Origin: Paraspadella gotoi
Taxonomy: Eukaryota; Animalia; Chaetognatha
Length of the DNA: 64,000 nucleotides
Direction: 5' to 3'
Assembly (NCBI GenBank): GCA_051294375.1
Contig: CM119270.1
Coordinates: forward strand, 18,895,272 to 18,959,271
The notes under the pieces were generated by a model. It did no database searches, was not told where the DNA came from, and saw only the letters and a list, made by a program, of their open reading frames with translations. The translations under genes were made by a program, and so were the position numbers. Positions 60,238 to 64,000 of the stretch are shown piece after piece (the first letter of the stretch is position 1; every line of letters starts with the position of its first letter).

Positions 60238-62330
60238 ATCCTTCCTATCATCACACAGGCCTCCACAACCTACTTTATATTATAGAACTCTCAGCCGCTG
60301 ATCCATTCTTAAGCAAAAAAAGGATGGAAAGTGATAGCGCGTCGCTATTCGAAGCAACCGCGAAGCACCTCTTCAAGTGAACGAAGTGCCCCAGTTCAGC
60401 AGAGGTTCGCGTTAAGCTTTACAGAACTTGACCAGTGGAATGCCTTTCTGGTCCAACGTGTCGGTTGCTTTTGTTTCTTTGATACTGTCGCCCCAGTTTT
60501 GCGTCTCGGTGAAGAAAAAAATCAAACAATGTTCGAACAGATGCAAAGAGAGTGGCAAATTAAAAAAAAAAAAGCTGAAGAGGATGCCCTGTTAGATGAA
60601 ATTTAAAAGAAACAGCCATAGAAGAAAAAAAGTTAATAATAATGATAAATAAAACGGTCAGAGCTAACCAGGGTGAGGACGACTCAGATCTGATAACAGC
60701 CAATTGAACACGTAAAAACCCAAAAAGAAGCTAAGAACTATATGCGCAAACTTCAAGCTATAAAAAAAACTTAAAAATAAATAAAAAAAAACCTCTGCCG
60801 CGCCGAAATTTCTCAATACCTAAAACGACTCAAATCATTTTATTTTCTCTGTTTTTTCACGTCACGTCCTGCTTTGCCGTCGCGCGGCGCGCTGTCTCGG
60901 GCTCTAGGCTGTCCTCGCCAACATCCGAGCCACCTCTGCCGGGCCGGATGCGCTGACGCCTTTCAGCCTCGGTTGCGTGCGCGTTAAATGCGCGTGTGAG
61001 CCATGCCGTTGCAACGAGATGGCCGACTTCAACTCGCGACATAACGACATGCTTGAGGCCTCGCGACTTCGAGGGTATGCAGTTGGGAGCGCTAAGCAAG
61101 GAGTAATTGAGCAGGGGAGCGAAAAGGGCAAATGCGAAAGGAAAGCGCCAAAGGGAAAGCGAAAGGGTAAAAGGAAAGCCAAGAGCCGAGAAGCGAAAGG
61201 AAAAGGAAGGCGCGAGAAAAGGATAAGGAAGGGCGCCAAAGGCAAAGGCAAAGGCGAAAGGAAAGCCCGAAAGCGCAAAGGCACAAAGGAAAGCGAAAGG
61301 GAAAGGAAAAGCGAAAAGGAAGGACAAAGGAAAGGAAAGCGAAAGAAAAATGCTTTTAATAGAAATAAAAAAAATGACCTAGCAACTAATTCATGATACC
61401 TTTTTCAGAAGACAACAAACTAAAAATAAAATTAAAGATATTATTTTTTTGTCTTTGTATTAATTTCTATTTTTTGTAAAATTTAATGCTCTGTAAAGCG
61501 AAATTGACGATAGTCAGACAAGTGGAGGATTAGAGGAAAGCGCCCAAAGAGGATTAAGACAAGGGGATTTTGATGTGAACGGGCTGAGGCCCCGAAGAAA
61601 AGTAAAGAAAGACAAGAAAAGGCATCAAGAAAGACAAGCCACAAGAAACAAAAGAAAGACATTAGAAAGAAAGATTGTAGAAAGAACAAGGACCAATATC
61701 AGAGAGAAGATGAGAAAGAAAAAGAGCAGAAAGATAAGAAATGAAAGAAAGCTAAAAGAAAGCCAAAGACTAAAATGATACAAAAAGAACAGGCATTTCT
61801 TGCAAACAAAAAAGGTGGACGCCTCGAAAGGTCATTCTCTTCGCGCGCCTAAGAGCTCAAAAGCTGGCATCACTACGTGATCCTCCAAGGTTTGGGCCCG
61901 GAATATTCGTACGTCGTGTCGTCAGTTCGCTCGGTCGTCATACGGGGATTAGTCGTGATTATCGTCGCCCCCTCGGATTGAATGCGGTTGATGAGGTTTC
62001 CGCCCCCACATGCGGCCAGCGAATGTCTGCTCGCGACCGGTAAGCGAATGTCTCAGCAGCTTTGGGCAGAGAGACATTCTCTAGCGCCCGCGCTATGTTA
62101 CGCGCCTATTCCAGGTGCCAGGCCGGAAGGGAAATGCATCATTAGATTAAAAAGCGAAACAAGTATAATGATGAGAATCACGATCGCAAAAATAACCACA
62201 AATTCTTTCCCGTGTTATTCAATCATCCGCGCCTCAAAAAAGACTCTCCTATTCTCCATCTTAAGATTTATCAAGAAGCCTGTACAAATTGACAAAGCAA
62301 AACATTCTTTCTAACACAACAACACCCTGA
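60238..62330. repeat. Insertion-rich noisy re-copy of 58530-60100 (direct for ~58530-59290, inverted for ~59290-60100)
   Basis: 60245 atcatcacacaggc..cttaagcaaaaaaagg..gtgatag matches 58535-58607. 61010 gcaacgagatggc..cttcaactc matches 59089-59111. 61530-61580 is the reverse complement of ~59920-59975, and 62200-62325 of ~59290-59395. Confidence 0.8.
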
Positions 62331-64000
62331 TCAACAAGCAAATCGTAGTAATCGCCATCGTAGATCACAAATATATCATTATCTTCGCCCTTTTAGTTGA
62401 CGCATCGTATTCACTCGCAATATCAACAACTTGACCCCCCCCCCAATCTTTTCAAAAACGCAATTGAAAGCTAACTATACGTGCTGCTAGGATTACAGTA
62501 CCCTCTCCGCCTAATAATAAGCGTCCAGGTCTAGCATTCACCTTCCAGTTTATCTTCGCAATCGCTGTCGAAGGCCCTTGATCGACCTTCCGTCTTTCAC
62601 CATTATCTCCGCCCGTATTTTTCGCTATGAGGAATCGCATCAAGTACACTTTCGCTTCAGTCGTCTTCTATCGCCTTCTATCGCTCGGTCGTCGTCCAAT
62701 GTCGTCGTCGTCGACGTTATCTTCGTCTTCTCTCAGTCTTCCGCCGTCGGTCGGTCTCCACGTCGTTCGTCCGTCGAGTCGTCCGTTTACGTTCGTGCAT
62801 TCGTCGCATTGTGCCTATTTTCCATATAATCCGTTGGTTGCCTTCATCTCTTTCCCTTCCCATAGCTTTCCTTAACATGACACCTTTCTTTCGCCGAAGC
62901 CGCAGTCTTACAACAAGAAAGTAGTATTTACATAGTTTTCCTAAAGTCAGGGAAAAGATAGCTTATTTATTGAATGGATGAATAATATTTAAACTGGTTG
63001 TAAGTTGTAACAATTTTATAAAACCGCTTACGTATCAACTTCGCAGATCGTTGGTCTTAGAGAGTCTTGCTATGTGCACAATTATCTTATAATAATTTTA
63101 TAAGAGTGATGGAGACAAGCTGTCTCATTTAATGACCGAATGGATAATTTTTATATTAGTTAAATGAATACATACATTCTTTATAATTTTGATCATCCCA
63201 ATTTCGCTTCTTCTCAAGTCGACATCAACTTTTTCTTATTCNNNNNNNNNNNNNNNNNNNNNNNNNNNNNNNNNNNNNNNNNNNNNNNNNNNNNNNNNNN
63301 NNNNNNNNNNNNNNNNNNNNNNNNNNNNNNNNNNNNNNNNNNNNNNNNNNNNNNNNNNNNNNNNNNNNNNNNNNNNNNNNNNNNNNNNNNNNNNNNNNNN
63401 NNNNNNNNNNNNNNNNNNNNNNNNNNNNNNNNNNNNNNNNNNNNNNNNNNNNNNNNNNNNNNNNNNNNNNNNNNNNNNNNNNNNNNNNNNNCCCTTCTCC
63501 CCTTTTCCCCTTTTCCAAAAATCGGTCCCCGGTTCTCATTATCATAACCGTCGACGTCGTTGTCGTCTCACGATCTGTGATTTTCCTCATCGGGATTTCA
63601 CGATCGTGAAATATGCATTCGACGTCGGACGAGATTTCCAAACGAAGTCGCGCTTCTTAATGTGGTTAGAGTCTTGATTTATAAATTCATAATGAGTCGT
63701 ATTCCATGTTTAACTAAGTTTTATTACAAATTCGTAATTTAAGTACATTTAAGTAACATCGCGCTTAACAGTAAATCATTTAGANNNNNNNNNNNNNNNN
63801 NNNNNNNNNNNNNNNNNNNNNNNNNNNNNNNNNNNNNNNNNNNNNNNNNNNNNNNNNNNNNNNNNNNNNNNNNNNNNNNNNNNNNNNNNNNNNNNNNNNN
63901 NNNNNGAAAGCTTATTTATTTAATCAATGAATAATTTTAACGTTGATTCAAAAACCGCTACTCTTTTTTTCTCTCCCCCTTATTTTTCCTCCTCCTTCTC

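Noticed and set aside
60977-61396. Lys/Arg/Gly-rich ORF resembling a protamine or histone H1 tail
   Set aside because: It is the error-laden copy of the (AAAGG)n microsatellite region at ~59090-59260.

Overview
Eukaryotic, most likely invertebrate animal, draft-assembly DNA. It is AT-rich with short spliceosomal introns, very dense microsatellites ((AG)n, (AAAG)n, (ACG)n, (GATA)n) and many N gaps, several exactly 25 N. Almost all ORFs in the supplied track are translations of simple repeats. Three genes are well supported: two tandem, highly divergent DEG/ENaC (ASIC/pickpocket superfamily) channel paralogues (28529-30451 and 30796-32747, four coding exons each, a shared GC-AG first intron and a very short finger region), and a secreted four-domain Kazal-type protease inhibitor (49357-50242). 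A weaker candidate is a small precursor with a furin-type RDKR site ending about 120 bp upstream of the first channel gene. The first 18 kb and 58.5-62.3 kb both show an X-Y(inverted)-gap-X-Y layout with indel-rich copies, most likely long-read gap-filling artefacts. CpG-rich islands between the microsatellites carry clusters of one motif type each (TCACGTGA, CRE/AP-1, ETS, Runx-like, X-box). No prokaryote-type system, CRISPR array, rRNA or intact transposon is evident.
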